A stretch of 55,526 nucleotides of DNA, filler included, from Sphacelaria rigidula (taxonomy: Eukaryota), in assembly GCA_964200075.2 (NCBI GenBank). It is 2 parts of 2 records of this genome, joined end to end, with 100 filler letters (N's around TTAATTAATTAA, not from the genome) between each part and the next. Parts side by side here need not be neighbours in the genome. Positions count along the whole stretch, not along the records: positions 27,817 to 55,526 come from CAXNAA020000112.1; 1 more part is not named here. One strand, written 5' to 3'. Positions within the stretch are counted from its first letter, which is position 1; the number at the start of each line of letters is the position of its first letter. A program made the translations under genes and the position numbers. Under the pieces are notes generated by a model. The model did not search any database. It was not told where the DNA came from and saw only the letters and a program-made list of their open reading frames with translations. Of the stretch, positions 36,900 through 49,944 are shown piece after piece.

Positions 36900-37790
36900 A
36901 ATTGCTCATGTAAACAAATTATGCGGTTTTTCCTCATTTGCGAAAGCTTGTTAGTCTCGCGGCGAGCAGAGAAGCAGCGAATGTCTCATCTTGTGATTCA
37001 TCGTTGTTCGAAAGTTCTAGCCGACACCCTGAAACCCTATACGAAACGTTGTACTTGTGTTTTGATGTAGAGTGAACTTGATGCAAAGATCGCAAGTATC
37101 GCCACGCACGACTCAATTTTCGAGTTTCGACCTGAAATGCTCACACGCGATTCTCGAAGAACTCGCCCACGCATTCCATGTCCGATTGTATATATAATAT
37201 ATAGATATTCATTTCTCGCTAAGATATCACCAACCCAATTTTTTCATGAATGTAACACCGAGGAACGTAAGTGAACAGAAAATGAGACATAAAACGTTCA
37301 GTGTGGAACGTGTGGACGAGTTCCTTGCGAATCCCTTGTCAGAAGTTGAGCACCCAGCTCCAACTATTGAGCGGTGTCGGGCGACAGTGAAAAAATTCCC
37401 ATTTCTTGGTTGGCCCAGCTTGTGAAAGCGATGATCGACTTTGATTGTTTCGGCTGGTGCATGTCACGACACCTCCCCAACACTTGTGAAGCTAAATTCC
37501 ATGACAGTTTAGTCAGAGCGCGTCGCAATGATATGTCTTTCATTGTCGTTATGAGTGAAAAGTCCTGGTCCAGTCTGAAGCAGTGTTGAGCGACGCTGTA
37601 GCAGCGATACCCGCACAAGTGACTGGTATTGCAGGTTTTGAAGTGGTTGATGCATGCATAGGCAAACTTCGCATCCGCTTGCCGTACTAGTGGAACGTAA
37701 CGGGCGGTCAACTCCGTTGCCACAGTGATCGCATCGTCGCCGACAAGATATCGCATGACGTCCAAATAATGCGCCGACATTCGTGGTGTT
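36900..37790 (-). mobile_element. Possible Sola-like DNA transposase remnant
   Basis: Minus-strand broken ORF that includes 'CEHFRSKLEN*VVRGDTCDLCIKF' (D-x-C-x-x-C motif). Motif resemblance only. Confidence 0.3.
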
Positions 37791-37891
37791 CATGCTAATA
37801 TACTGTACCCTTTCCCAAAGTGCTGCTGATGGTGCTTTTGTATTACACTATGACCACGCTCCTCTTGCCTCATGTTCGCCCCCTCCTCCAG

Positions 37892-37981
37892 GCGGCCGTG
37901 CTGGTGCCATTTTTATACATGAGCTTGTGCTGCTACCGGAGCCTTTTCACGCTCAAAATATTTGGGTCATACTCCCTGCAG
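37892..37981 (+). CDS. LMBRD2: LMBRD2-like exon 5
   Basis: ctccag acceptor and gtgatc donor. AAVLVPFLYMSLCCYRSLFTLKIFGSYSLQ (YM..C.Y.SLF..K motif). Confidence 0.93.
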
Positions 37982-38798
37982 GTGATCACAAGGCTCCACG
38001 CTCTTCCAGGGGGCACGCGTGGGGACCAAGTTTAAGACGTTTTTTGACAAGGCTTGTTTGTTGTGGTGTATGTTAGGACCGTGTTCCCTAGTCCTGCAGA
38101 TGGTACAACCCCTTGCGAGCATATACCGGAGGCGCATTTACCCGTCACGCCAGTGCTCCCTCTTTTGTGTTGTGTCATTGAAATGGAAACGATTTGTACC
38201 AAGCGCTGTAGTCCGGAACGTGCCTTGGCAGAGCTATCGGTGCTTTTGTTCGTAACCTTTATTAGCCTTTAGTAGCCTTCATTATGATGGCGGTTGTAAG
38301 GTGGCAGGATATTGAATACCTGAACTTCAACCCTCAACAACCGCAGTACAGTGCGTGGACATACGTGAGGTATCTCTGTCACGTAATGGATATGTACGAA
38401 GCACGTCTCCTGCAGGTATACTGCTTGCGAAACATTTGTTGGATCGTAGGGGAAGTTTCTGAATGAAGCGTAATAGCCTACATTGAATCCGTTTAATTTT
38501 GGACACGCCCATACTTGATATTGGACCACCCATGCTATTGAAGTACGCATGAAATCCGTCTCACAGCAAACGCTCGAATTTGTGGTGACTTTAGTTTCGG
38601 TGCGTGGGATGAAAAACGAGGGATCCTTTACCAGTGCAAACCTACTTTGTCTCCTGTACAGATAGTTCATATTTCGGGAAGCCTTTCCCCCCCCCCCGTC
38701 GTACAGTATGTGTGTCGTTTTCATCTCGTGCTGCTATCACGTAAGCAATTGATTTCGCATTCTCGCAACTCTTTTCGTGCTCGTTTCGGACCGCATAG

Positions 38799-39029
38799 GG
38801 GCGGCACAATTCTCTTCCTGGTCCGTTACTGTTCAATGCGCAATACTTGATTCGCCTGCAGTTTCCGCTCGGGTATAATTTCATGCGCATACTGCGTATG
38901 CCCGGAGTGCAGCTGCCGGCGTTTCAGAAACTGATGGATGACATGATCCCCGTACCCGTGCTGGGCACCAGTTTCAATGTCTACGCTCCCCTGGTGCTTG
39001 TGGTATTGTGCCTATTCACCTTCTGCAAG
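38799..39029 (+). CDS. LMBRD2: LMBRD2-like exon 6
   Basis: gcatag acceptor and gtaagc donor. GRHNSLPGPLLFNAQYLIRLQFPLGYNFM...AFQKLMDDMIPVPVLGTSFNVYAPLVLVVLCLFTFCK, the hallmark LMBRD2 C-terminal TM region. Confidence 0.95.
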
Positions 39030-42000
39030 GTAAGCACCGTACGTGCCGTTCCCAGAGCGTTACGTACGAGGGGGGCTGATTCTGAGGGTGATCGCTGTCC
39101 CAAAGCCCATGTTTCAAGATTGCTATGATGTGAAATGTCAGTGTATGCTCACGAGTGTTGCATTTCCTTTGCCCTTGCTTCGTTCGACTTGGGGTGGAAC
39201 TTGGTATCCCAATTCACACGTTGGGTGAGGAAAAGCGTGCGAGTACGGCCTGTTACTGGTCGAATGTGTCCGGTAGATGCAGGGACAGGGTTTGGGGATA
39301 TAGGTGGTGCGTATACACCTGCACTTATACAGTTCGAGATGCTGTTAGTTTTCGAATGGAGTTGTTGTAGGCGAGCCTAGAGTCCGTATCAACGGGCGGC
39401 ATTCCAGCGCGTTCGCCTACACCGCCTGGATCGATAAAACTCTCAGAGAGTGCAACTTGTATTGATACTAGTACTAATATCGTCTCACATTCTGCCCCTC
39501 CCCTTCTTCGGGATGATACAGGGACGTCAAGGAATCGACCCATCTCTTCCCTAGTACACTCAGGGTTAGGGTTGTTACACTGAGTATCGCGAGGTTAGAT
39601 CAGCACCCCGGCAGCTTGTCGACTGTCATCAAATTAGCTTCCTTTGCTACTCACGTCCTCACGTTCTTAAGCACAGAAGTCAGATAGTTGTCAGACAAAA
39701 ACGCAAACACGTCTGCCGGAATCCGAAGCGACAACCTTTCGACTCAACTGGTTTCAGCCGCACAATACCGCTTGGAACACTCGGGTGCGATGGCTTCACA
39801 ATGTCGACTGATAGTACCAGAAGCAAGTCTGGCAGACGCCGTTAACTTTTGTCCAGCTCAAGTAATATGTAGCCGGCTTTTATGTTTAGGGCAAGCTCTC
39901 GCGTGACTATCTCTGAACCGATCTCGAAATATGGACACGTGACGAAGGTACGTGTGACGCCAGCTTGGGAGAAAACCTCGGAGTATATGGCTGGCGGCCG
40001 CTATACACTCGACTTTGGTCTCTGATTGAATTGTCGCACACTAACTGATGATGATACCTGAGGGACCCAGCCGTGGTCGCAAGATACGTATCGCAGGTAT
40101 ACAAAACGGAAACGCTCGCTTTAGAAAAAAAACAGGTTCATATGAGATAGATGTAAACCGTGCCGTGTCAACACCACTCGCGAGGCTACAGCCCAGTACA
40201 CGGTTTGACACAGTTTACGTACAGTTAGTGCCGTACCGTGCATCAGTGATGTACATGCGGTTCATGCTTATCTCAACAATGCTGTACTTGCATCCGTCTA
40301 CGATTTTCTCCACAGCGCTGTAATGTACCTAATATAGTAAACTACAGCTCAGCACTGAATTCTGCAGTGACGGTACATGGAGAGCACGTTCTGTCACTCA
40401 AGACCAGTCAGCCACACGGACCCTTCCCATGATGGCCATGTAGACGGCAGCAGCTGTAACTAATTCACATATTGACCCTAGCTGTATCACACCGGAGAGC
40501 GGCATCCTAGCTCCTTTCACACGGAGTGAGCGAGAAGCTCCAGATAATCGATATGAAACACTCACGGAGTCCACTCGATCATACTCGCAGACCCGCGATC
40601 CATCGATCAGCCGAAATTATGCTTACTACACATTGTCCCGAATGCATTCGTGTACCTAACTTGGGTAACAATGGTCGCCAGAGTCTACAGGTCCCCTAAG
40701 CTATTCCGACGAAGAGGTTTCCCCCATTCATCAGGCAGCTTGATTGCTGACCCAGTCCCGAGGAAAGATCACTCTCGATCGTAAGTAACCTGTGCATGCT
40801 CCAGGCCTCGCTCACGGACCTGGATACTACATCTAGAGCATGTCTCTATGATAGCACAGTGTTCTCATCTGGCGTCGACGTGGAGGCCATACTAGACCTG
40901 TTAACAACAAGAACGATAAATAACTTGGATCTGTACTCGGCATGATGAATTTCGTCAGGAAACCCATCCCGGAGGTATCGACAGTACGCGAAGTACTCGG
41001 GGTACTCACAAGAAATAAAACGGCTGAACAAACCTTGCAAACGGGGGCCAGCGCAAGACAAGGCGTTCGCAGAAGCCTTTTCGTATCTGCTCCAGTGCTG
41101 TGGTTCCCGGAAGCTTGAAAAAAACCTGTGGTTCACGTGGACGCCAGGAACAAAAAGGTTGTTGCAGATTTCTGGACCAGAGATTGGAAGATGATGCAGG
41201 AATCGTGTCATGTTTCATCAAAATGGTTCTCGGCCAGTCAGAGACACTATTCCACCTCGCTGAAGGGATGCTATGTGGTGGTACAAGTCATCAACTACTT
41301 CAGGTCCTACCTGCAGGGCAGACACGCCAACTGCGTAGCAGATCACACCTCACTACGGTATTTCTATGCTATGCAGAGCACGAGCAACATGTTGACGCGA
41401 TGGGCGATAGCATTGCAAGCATGCAATTTCACAATACTCGTAAAGCGTGGAAAACGTAGTGCAATAACTGACACGCTGTCCTGACTATTCCGATCCGAAG
41501 AAAGAGGCGGTAATAGCCCCGGCACGAGCACCCATCGATCGAAATGTGCCCAGGAACCCTCAAGCATACGTAGCACAGCCACATCGACCGTGCAACCTGT
41601 ACTGGCAGAGAAGATGGATAGCATTGAATTAATGAGGATTGACCGGGAGTTGTTCAGCATTTGTCCGATCTTTGTACGTTCAAGTCCATTGTTCTCGACA
41701 GTAGACCCGGATAAACTACGGCAAATGCTCACGAGTTTGAATCTGAACTTTTAGTACTTGAAGGACCCAAATAATCCAGTACCGGAGAATGAGACAACGC
41801 CATCAATGTGATCAAAACGGGCTGCTGTTCAGATCGTAGTTACCCGAGTACTTATGAAAGCGCAGAACTTTTTGTGACCAACTGGTAGTGCTACAAGCGT
41901 TGATAGGAGTATTGCTGCACGCTTTCCATGGTCGTGCTGTGTCAACGGTGCACTTGGGATGGAAGCTTATCTTGACAGCAAGCGTGAACGATTTGGTGGC

Positions 42001-42039
42001 CGAATTCCTATCTCGATGGGGAAGACTGGTGTCAAGACT

Positions 42040-43245
42040 ACACACGTCCGACAGCTCATGAGTTAGCTCATATACCAGCTGTCGCTCACTTGTCCTCAAA
42101 CATATGCGGATGAGCTGCGTCCAATAGCTCACCCAGGGCGAACATGCGCGGATGAGCTACGCCCGGTAGCTCACCCAGGGCAAACCTTTGTAGCTCGTGT
42201 AGCTTTCATCGCTCATATAAGATGACCATACCCAGGGCAAGCTTGCATAGCCCATGCAACTCTCATGACTCACCCAGGGTAGACATGCGCGGATGAGCTA
42301 CATCCGGTAGCTCACCCAGGGCAAACGTGCGTAATTCATGTAGCTTTCATAGCTGAGTAGGGAGCTACGCTTAAAAAGGGCTAACTCAAGCTACAGGGAG
42401 CTAATCCAGTCTGTGTGTGCGATGGTGTTGCCCGTTTGAGCGCCGGGTCTCGTTTCAGTACAATATTTTGACTAGCAATCTGCGGATATGTGCAGCCATG
42501 TGGAGTACTAAAAAGATATGACCAACGTGCAGCAGAGACAGTACAGTACTTTCTGTGCTACCTGCCTGCAGTAGGCTGTAGATATCAGTTTACACGAAAA
42601 ATGTTTCGAACAACCTGCAGTACACACCGTTCAAAACTCTCTGCACTGTCTTCATACAGTTGTACAACGGCCTGCGGAGAAGAGATCCTAGCACCGCGCT
42701 GCATGCGCCGGTGTGAAGGAGGTGATGAGTTTTGGTGACCCCACAACCGCTGGCCAGCGGGCGGTGTTCCCTGTTTCACTCGGGTCACGGATGTTGCAAG
42801 AATATCCACCGACGTAAAACACAGAACACACTTGTGTAACCCTAACCCTAACCCTAACCCATGGGCATCGGAACCAAAACAATACCTCTCGCGTGGGGCT
42901 TATCTTTCGCGAATCATGCGTGGCTCTCACACGTGTGTAGCCCACCCCGCGAAGACACGTGCGGATGAGCTACGTCCGGTAGCTCACTCCGGGCAAACAC
43001 GCGTTACTCATATAGCTCTCATACCCCACCCGGGGCACACATGCGCGGATGAGCTACACCTGATAACTCAGCCAGCAAAAGTATGCACGGATTAGCGACG
43101 TCCAGTAGCTCACCTAGGGCACACATGCGTAGTTCATGTAGCTCTCATAGTTCACCCTGACAAAACATGCGTAGCTCATGTAACCCTCGGAGCTCAGTAG
43201 GGAGCCACGCTCAAACTGAGCTAGCGAGCCACAGGGAGTTGATCT
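42040..43245. mobile_element. Insertion with two blocks of 42-bp GAGCTAC..GTAGCTC repeats (42101-42410 and 42930-43225)
   Basis: Unit CATGCGCGGATGAGCTACGCCCGGTAGCTCACCCAGGGCAAA. It separates the HH and CC halves of the Gypsy integrase zinc finger. Confidence 0.75.
42837..42860. repeat. Interstitial telomere-type (TAACCC)4
   Basis: TAACCCTAACCCTAACCCTAACCC read directly. Confidence 0.85.
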
Positions 43246-44339
43246 ATAAGACGTGTGCAAGATTGCGAAGCGTGTCAGAGAAAGAAAACAGCTCACAATC
43301 GAGCCAAATTGCCGGTCGGACACGTGCTGTCACGCGGCCATTGGTGCGAGTAGCAGTCGATCTAGTAAAGAGCACGTCTCGTTCCCTCTTGCAATCTGAG
43401 ACCTGATGTAAATTTGTTGTCTATGTAATGGACCACATCACTCGATGTGTGCTGCTGACTCATGTACCGGGTAAAATAGTAGGGACCACAGCGGCATCAG
43501 TGAACGAGACAGATATTGATGTTTTTCGGTCCCACAGCGATGTTGCATTCGGATAATGGAAGAGACATCGAAAACGGTTTTGTCATCAGCTGCGAAAGAT
43601 GCTAGTATTTATGATGACTGAGACTACACCTTATCGTCGACAGGGAAATTCAGCCCCAGCGAATTCACTCAACAACATATGCTATCTTGGCGACAAGTAG
43701 CAACGTTGCGCATGACAGCTGAGCTCTCTTCTATCGGTTTTCTAGCTGGCGCACAATGCGGCGTCAAGTGCCACAGTACACGTAACATCGTTTTCACCAA
43801 CGTTTAGTCGACGAGTGAGGTTGCTATCAGATGTAATGCTCGGCAATCTCCTCATGGGATAAAGCTCCGACATGAACGAATTCTCACAACAAACTCGAGA
43901 AAATCTACAGCTGGCTTCGGAGTCAGCCCCCCGTAACCTTGAAGATCGAGCGGGTAAGCGGGGTATACATGGCTCAGATTTTTTTTATTTACACAGTTCC
44001 CAAGCAAGGAATTCAAGGGCTGGTACACAGGCTTTACCAAGACTCTCGTGGATTGAATCCATGGCGTGGACTAAATATCATTTGTTCCCAGCAATTCCTT
44101 GGAGTAGATTGCGTGTGACTAAATGCCTGTGCAAACAATAAGAAATTTTTTATAAGTTGCTTATCTGAAACTGAATCACCGTCGAACGCGGCCAATAGCA
44201 CCAACTTTGCACAAGCTACGTGATATATTCTTGGGTAACCCGTAACCTCATGGGCACTGGATTGCCCGAAGCTGACCCTACCGAAAATCGAGTCATACAA
44301 CGTCTACAGTATAGTGGACATCAAGGAGGATAAGGCCGC

Positions 44340-45800
44340 AGTGGCCCTTTCAATTATTGGTCCTGTGTGAGATAAGCGGGTTGCGGTCCAGCAGACGATC
44401 TTTGATATCGCGCGCACGAAGTCCCACGATGTCACGAAATGATTGCTGCTTACCCACCGGAAAACGGACTCGATGTAATCGCGTGCTCTCCCAACTCGGA
44501 ATTCCAGTCGAAATCGAAACGGAACTTGAAATTGACAACCAAATCGAGAAAGAAGAGAAAGCAACTCCGCAGGCTGGTCCGCGAGAAAACCCAGACTTCC
44601 ACTGGATACCCACTTTTCACGCACTTTTTCAGCGCTCGGGCACGAAGTTTCGCGCACGTGTTTTTGAAGGCAAGCCCGAGGTCGCCGGTGGTGGTGCCTA
44701 CTAGGTTTCGCTTGTTATCGTCGGTTAGTTGGGATCCCCTGGCGTTTTTCGCGATAGGGGGTCCCTTGAAAGCGGCGAACCAAGCGAAAATCAACAGGCA
44801 TCCACATCGTCGACCTCGGGCTTGCCTACAGAAACATGCGTGAAAATCGGACAAACGTGAAGCTGTTCGGAGAATGCGGTGTTCCCTTGCACTCCCGGCG
44901 GCCTATTACCCACGGCAAACCGGTGTATCCGGCTGATCATTCGAACGTCCAAACACTGACGACCTCGAGCTTCCGTGCAGGAATATGTCCGTGAAGCTGT
45001 TTGAAAAATCTCTCGGAAATGGCGTCAAGATTGGAGCAAGGCGTGTTTTTTCCGAGAATGTGGGGCATACAGTAGTTGGGCTCCCAGGAAACTGGTGAAA
45101 CCTAGCGAAACTAGAGTGGCTTGATCACTGGCGACTTCGACCTTCGTTTCGTATCCTCTTGAATATTTTTCAATCCCTGCCCCATACAAATGGCCTGGGA
45201 ATTGCAACGGGCTGGAGGATTTTGCGAAATTTTAGGGCATATGATGGGATTGCTGCGAGAAAAGCACACTCTTTGGCTGTACTGTACGTGGCTCAGCTCC
45301 TTTTATCCTATCTAAAGATGTCGTTTGTGTGGGCTGCAAACCTCGCCCCGCCCTTCCTGTGGTTTTTCGCCGGGTGCGAATGACTGCGGTGCACATCAAG
45401 TCCACAAGCATGCGTCGCATGTCGAGAACACGGCCCCAAATGGGCGACGGCATTTCCCCCCCGCAGATTTCATTCACACTGAGTCCTTTAGACTTGATAC
45501 CCTCTGTTTCGCACGCCCCTAGCGCCCCATTAAGACCCGGCAATAAGGAAAAAATCACGTCACTGTGTATCCTACTTCATCAGGAACATACTTTGTTTCT
45601 CCGGACCTGCTTCGGGTGCGTGGAGAAAACGTTGGCCCACAACATAACGGGAATGTCCCTCGGACCAGCCTGTAGGTCTGGAATTATTTCATTCGGGAGA
45701 CGAGCAGGAAGCATCCATAATAGATGCCCTGCTAATGCTGCAGTGTTGGAATGGCCATAGCTACACTGCACAATTGGTGTCACCTTTTCGGTCAAATGTC
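44340..45800 (-). mobile_element. Possible Mutator/MULE-like transposase N-terminal remnant
   Basis: Broken minus-strand coding with FAR1/WRKY-like 'CFCRQARGRRCGCLLIFAWF' and 'FKFRFDFDWNSELGEHAI'. Weak. Confidence 0.25.
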
Positions 45801-46879
45801 TTCCTTGAAGGCAGGTTTGCTCTAAGAGTCTGAGAAGCCAACATCTCGTCTTTGGTTTTGGGGTACATGTTCTCGCTGATACCTCTTGGCTTGTACTTCA
45901 CTGGACACTAAGGTGCGTTTTGTTTCTGCTTGGGTTTGGAGTACAATTGTTTCCCGCGCGCCTGTTCTGCGTGGGGTTTCGGCGTTATGGCGTTGCGACA
46001 CGTTCCGTTCAATCCTGTGTTCACGTCTCAGCGTACCCTCCGACCGTCAGGGGTACCATCATACATCTCGACCGCTCTTCATTTTGTGGAATCGGCATTT
46101 TTTTTTCGTGAAAACCGAATCGGCATCATGTTCACTTGAAAATCAGAAGACTAGTGATGGAATCCTGCCACCGCTCTCCGTAAAACAGGATCTTCCTCTC
46201 GGGGCTGGGCTTGCATACCTCGAGCGTGTTTTGATCTTGCACGCATGTCCCATTATCTCAACTGTACTCTCTCTTTTCATGTCTCTACGCTGCCGCTGCA
46301 GCTGCTGCTACTACTTTCACCGGGTATGCGAGTTTCGTTCATCTTGAGTGGCCGGATGCAACGGTTTCCACTTCTTTTTCGAATTTGAATCGGCATCATC
46401 TCAAGGGGGTGCTGGTCCTTTGTGTGCGTGTGCTAGCGCGGGTCCTACACAAACCATTGTTTCCCATTTCAGCTGAACAGGATTGTGTGAAGTCACGCAG
46501 CACGTGCTCAGCTGATGAGCAGCTACTGCTTTTTCTTCAAACTGTGCGATGTGCCGTTACGCAACGCACACGGCCATCGCCGGTGCTCGTGTATTTTCCT
46601 TGTCTGTCGATCCCCTGAGCGTGGCGGCGAAAGCCGCCGAAAGCTTTTCATGTACATATATGTAATGCGCTCGACCTGCACCGTTGTCATCAGTAACACG
46701 CAGGATTAGAGTAGAGTGATCGCTGCGCAACAAACGTGTGCTCACAAAGGTGAGCCAGGCGTGAAGTGGGACTGATGAGATTGTGAACATGAGAAGAGTA
46801 CTACTACATTTGAATCCCACGAGCAGAAGTGAAAAAACACGACTCATTCAGTGGGTGTTGTAGCACACACAAATGTCAT

Positions 46880-47930
46880 GCAAAGGCGAAGTTGTTCAAG
46901 TAGTCTCGCGATGTATGCAGGGTATGAGCGAAGACGTACGGCACGGCAATAGACCGGTGATTCAGTGGAGTGCCCATCTAGAGAAGGGTCCAGGGGAGCA
47001 TTGAAGCACCCTAAGATATGATGTAAGAACAAGATCGTTCAAGTAGTCTCGCGACATGTAGAACATGAACGAAGACATACGGCATGAACGTTGGCTGTTG
47101 ACTCAGTGGAGTGCTCATCCAGAGAACGTTCAAGCGGTTGCCATAAACCTCCTCCGTTTCGTCCGAGAGCTCAGTCTTTTACATCGTCTTGGTTTGCTCA
47201 GACCCAAACAATCATGAAGGGGGGAGTTCATGTGGAGAGCAAGTTCCTGACGTTCCTGACGTTTCGCAACTTCGGTCCCCTAAGCTACTGGCAGCACAGC
47301 GTAGTATAGTACAGTGCAAAACAGTGTGGAGAGTAGAGATGGGAATCTGGAATGCCGCACGAACATCTCGAAACTAGCGACGGTTTGCTTTCTTCTGGGA
47401 TGCTTGGACGTCGGGCATCTGTCCTCAACACTCCCCTGTGTTGAGATATCTCGGCGCGCAGAGTGTCCCCCATCTTTCTCTCTAAACATGTGTTCTTTCC
47501 TGTTGGCGTATGGTGTAAGCCAGAGCAGTGTGGTACCTCGCTTCATTGTGTTTCTCCATGGATGAGAGGGTCCATACCCTTAATAGAGCGGTCGTAGTAG
47601 ATGAGCTGCAACCTTTTCCTTTCCACGGCCTTTGTTTTCCACGACTGGCTGCGAGAGTGGTTCCACGCAAGACCTTCCCCGCCGAAACCAATATGGCAGA
47701 GACCGGCCATTTCTTCTCCATTTTCTTTTTTCTCTACTTTTTCTCTACTTTTTCTTTACTTCTTTTATTTCTTCACGTCTCGGTCTACTATGTTCTGTTT
47801 TACCTTTTCTGTCTCTTCTTTTTCCTTCAGTGAGTCTCTCAGTTTTGTTTCGTCTCGGGTATGTCCATCATGTGACCACGACTGGATCCCTGGGGGATCA
47901 GTTAAAGTGCGACAATCAATCAATCAATCA
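46880..47930 (+). mobile_element. Truncated LINE (RTE-like) 3' end with an (ATCA)n tail and an internal ~145-bp duplication
   Basis: Pyrimidine-rich 3' UTR ending GCGACAATCAATCAATCAATCA. GTTCAAGTAGTCTCGCGA...TCAGTGGAGTGC occurs at ~46894 and ~47037. Confidence 0.6.
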
Positions 47931-48166
47931 GAGCAAACACCGCGAGCGCATAGGGTATATGAGAAACCTAGTTGCATGTGTCACACATCACCGACGATTC
48001 GACATCGTTGCTAGTCCCGTGTGTCATTCTCCTGCACGAACTTGATGGCCCGACAAACTCGTGAAATGATATATATCATCGGACTATGTTGTTATATAAT
48101 GGAAGGTGTGTTGAGGAATATCATTGTCAGCCTGCTTCCATTGTGTGACGCTCTTGTGTGGTACAG

Positions 48167-48316
48167 GGATACGCGCGGGTTCTGCGACTAGTAGGCCTTG
48201 AGCACGAAGACCTGGTGTCCATGGATGACCCCGACGGGAAAGAACGGCTGGACGAAGGAAAAAACCTGATAGAACGTGGGAAAAGGCATGATCATGTCGT
48301 GATGCTCAGGAAACAG
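48167..48316 (+). CDS. LMBRD2: LMBRD2-like exon 7 (ends at a GC donor at 48317 or reads on to TGA at 48376)
   Basis: gtacag acceptor. GYARVLRLVGLEHEDLVSMDDPDGKERLDEGKNLIERGKR (EG..LI motif typical of LMBRD2 tails). Confidence 0.85.
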
Positions 48317-48479
48317 GCAAGTTTGCGGAGCGTGTTTGAGTGTTATCGCATATGTTACATTTACCTATGCATTTGAGGCGCTGCTGACGTACCTGCGAGG
48401 GTACGGAAATAGCAACTGAGCATATACACCGATTAATTCTTCTCTAACTCTCCCTCCCTCCTTCGTGCCCCTGAAAACC

Positions 48480-49700
48480 CTTGTCATACCCCGACAGGGA
48501 GAGGCAATCGAGTACCCGAATTCGGTCGCAAACGGGCGAAGAGGTGCTGGTTACGTTGCACCATCTCTAGCCTACACCCAAATCGGAGGTGGGGACTCTG
48601 CCGACGATTCAAAGATCTGAACCACAAAAGCATTCCCCAGCGCTTTTCAGAAGCTTTGTGGAGATGGGCGTTTTCGTTTGACGGAACACTCGATTCAAAT
48701 GACATCATGCATGGTTTCGTCGTCATAGCGAGCACGTAAAACCCATGGGTTTTGGTCAGCGCTGCAGTTTCGCGGTGTACGAAAATTATTCATATATTTT
48801 GTGCCGCTTGACGGATCTCGGGCGAATATAGTCGACCTGAAGATCGTTCAATCCCCATTGTTTTTGTGGAAGGAATGTCTTCGTGTAGCGCAAAAGTTCG
48901 ATCAAGGGGACAGATTTTGCAACCACCAGGTGTACGCAATATTCTTGACTAGGACGCTGTATATGCCGGGTGTCACGGACAGAGTCGCCTCCGAGTTTCC
49001 TAAGCGCGAATGCCCGCAAATCGATCGGCGCATGTATCAATCCAGTTTAGTGTGGGCACAAATAGGTACAGTTTGTAGGTTTAATGGTGTTAGTGGTGCT
49101 GGTCCGGATAGTGCTACTTTGTAATGTTGTGGTTTTTGGCGTTATGAAGTGTGATGTTTAATCTTCAAAATTGAATGACCGGAGAACATCTCCAACTCTT
49201 CTCTTCCTTCTGTCTACGGCCTAGACTCGAGAGCCCACGTTTTTTTCCATGGTTCGGACGAATCATCGCCGGTTCGAATCACCATAATTCAAGATTTGTC
49301 AGACCCGACTGCTCAACGAAGAGAAAAAAGTTGACCGCTGGTCGAAAAGATGTCCACGCACAAAACGAAGTAGTTCCACGGAGAATGGATAGCTGTTCCC
49401 CGTGGCCCGTGAACGAAGAATTATGATGCAAGGGATGAGTGTCTCAAAAATGTTTTTGCGCTCAAACTCCCTTGTCTACACGTATGGGGTACGAATATCC
49501 AAGAACGGTATTCCAGCTTCCTCCACAGCGTGTCGGACTCAAGGTCGACTGGAGGCGTGGGCGCTCAACGAGTTAACCCGTGGACGAAAAGCTCATTATA
49601 GACGGTATTGAGAGGGTCTGCCTCACTCTGCCAAGAAACTGAACCCCTATCTCCCAATTCCTGCAGCGATAATCCTGCGAGGAAGTTGACGCCAACACCT
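48480..49700 (-). mobile_element. Degenerate piggyBac-like transposase remnant
   Basis: Minus strand 'VAKSVPLIELLRYTKTFLPQKQWGLNDLQVDY...KRHKI...PKPMGF' parallels the piggyBac K.RPL...L...F......L.VDE...K.R....KP..WG region. Confidence 0.5.
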
Positions 49701-49944
49701 GCGGCGACTACCCTGTCGAGGAACTGACGCTTCACACCTCGCCACGTGCGCGGTATTTGACGGTTATGGGTGTGAATGCGGCCCGAATTTGGGTACTCTA
49801 TATTGAGAAAATAAACATCGACCAACTACAGTCAGCTATATGCAGCAGAAGAAATGGAGCCTACAAGAGTCAACCAGTATCAATCACAAGTACATGCGTC
49901 ACCTCGAAATGACGAGGAACACGCTCATACAAAATATACTGATG

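Larger units (their letters stand above)
40600..44330 (+). mobile_element. Degenerate Ty3/Gypsy LTR retrotransposon pol (RT end, RNase H, integrase) within intron 6
   Basis: RNase H: 'FSASQRHYST...YFRSYLQGRH..CVADHTSL...LTRWAIALQACNFTI...TDTLS' (41128-41484). Integrase: 'HAFH...HLG' (~41920-41960), 'VQDCEACQRK' (~43255-43285), 'PLVRVAVDLV', 'MDHITR', 'LHSDNG'. LTRs not confidently located. Confidence 0.85.

Noticed and set aside
39560-40050. 5' LTR and PBS of the Gypsy element
   Set aside because: A TGTT start is present after GGGTTAGGGT, but no matching 3' LTR or convincing PBS was found.
42837-42860. True telomere
   Set aside because: Only four units, located inside an intron.
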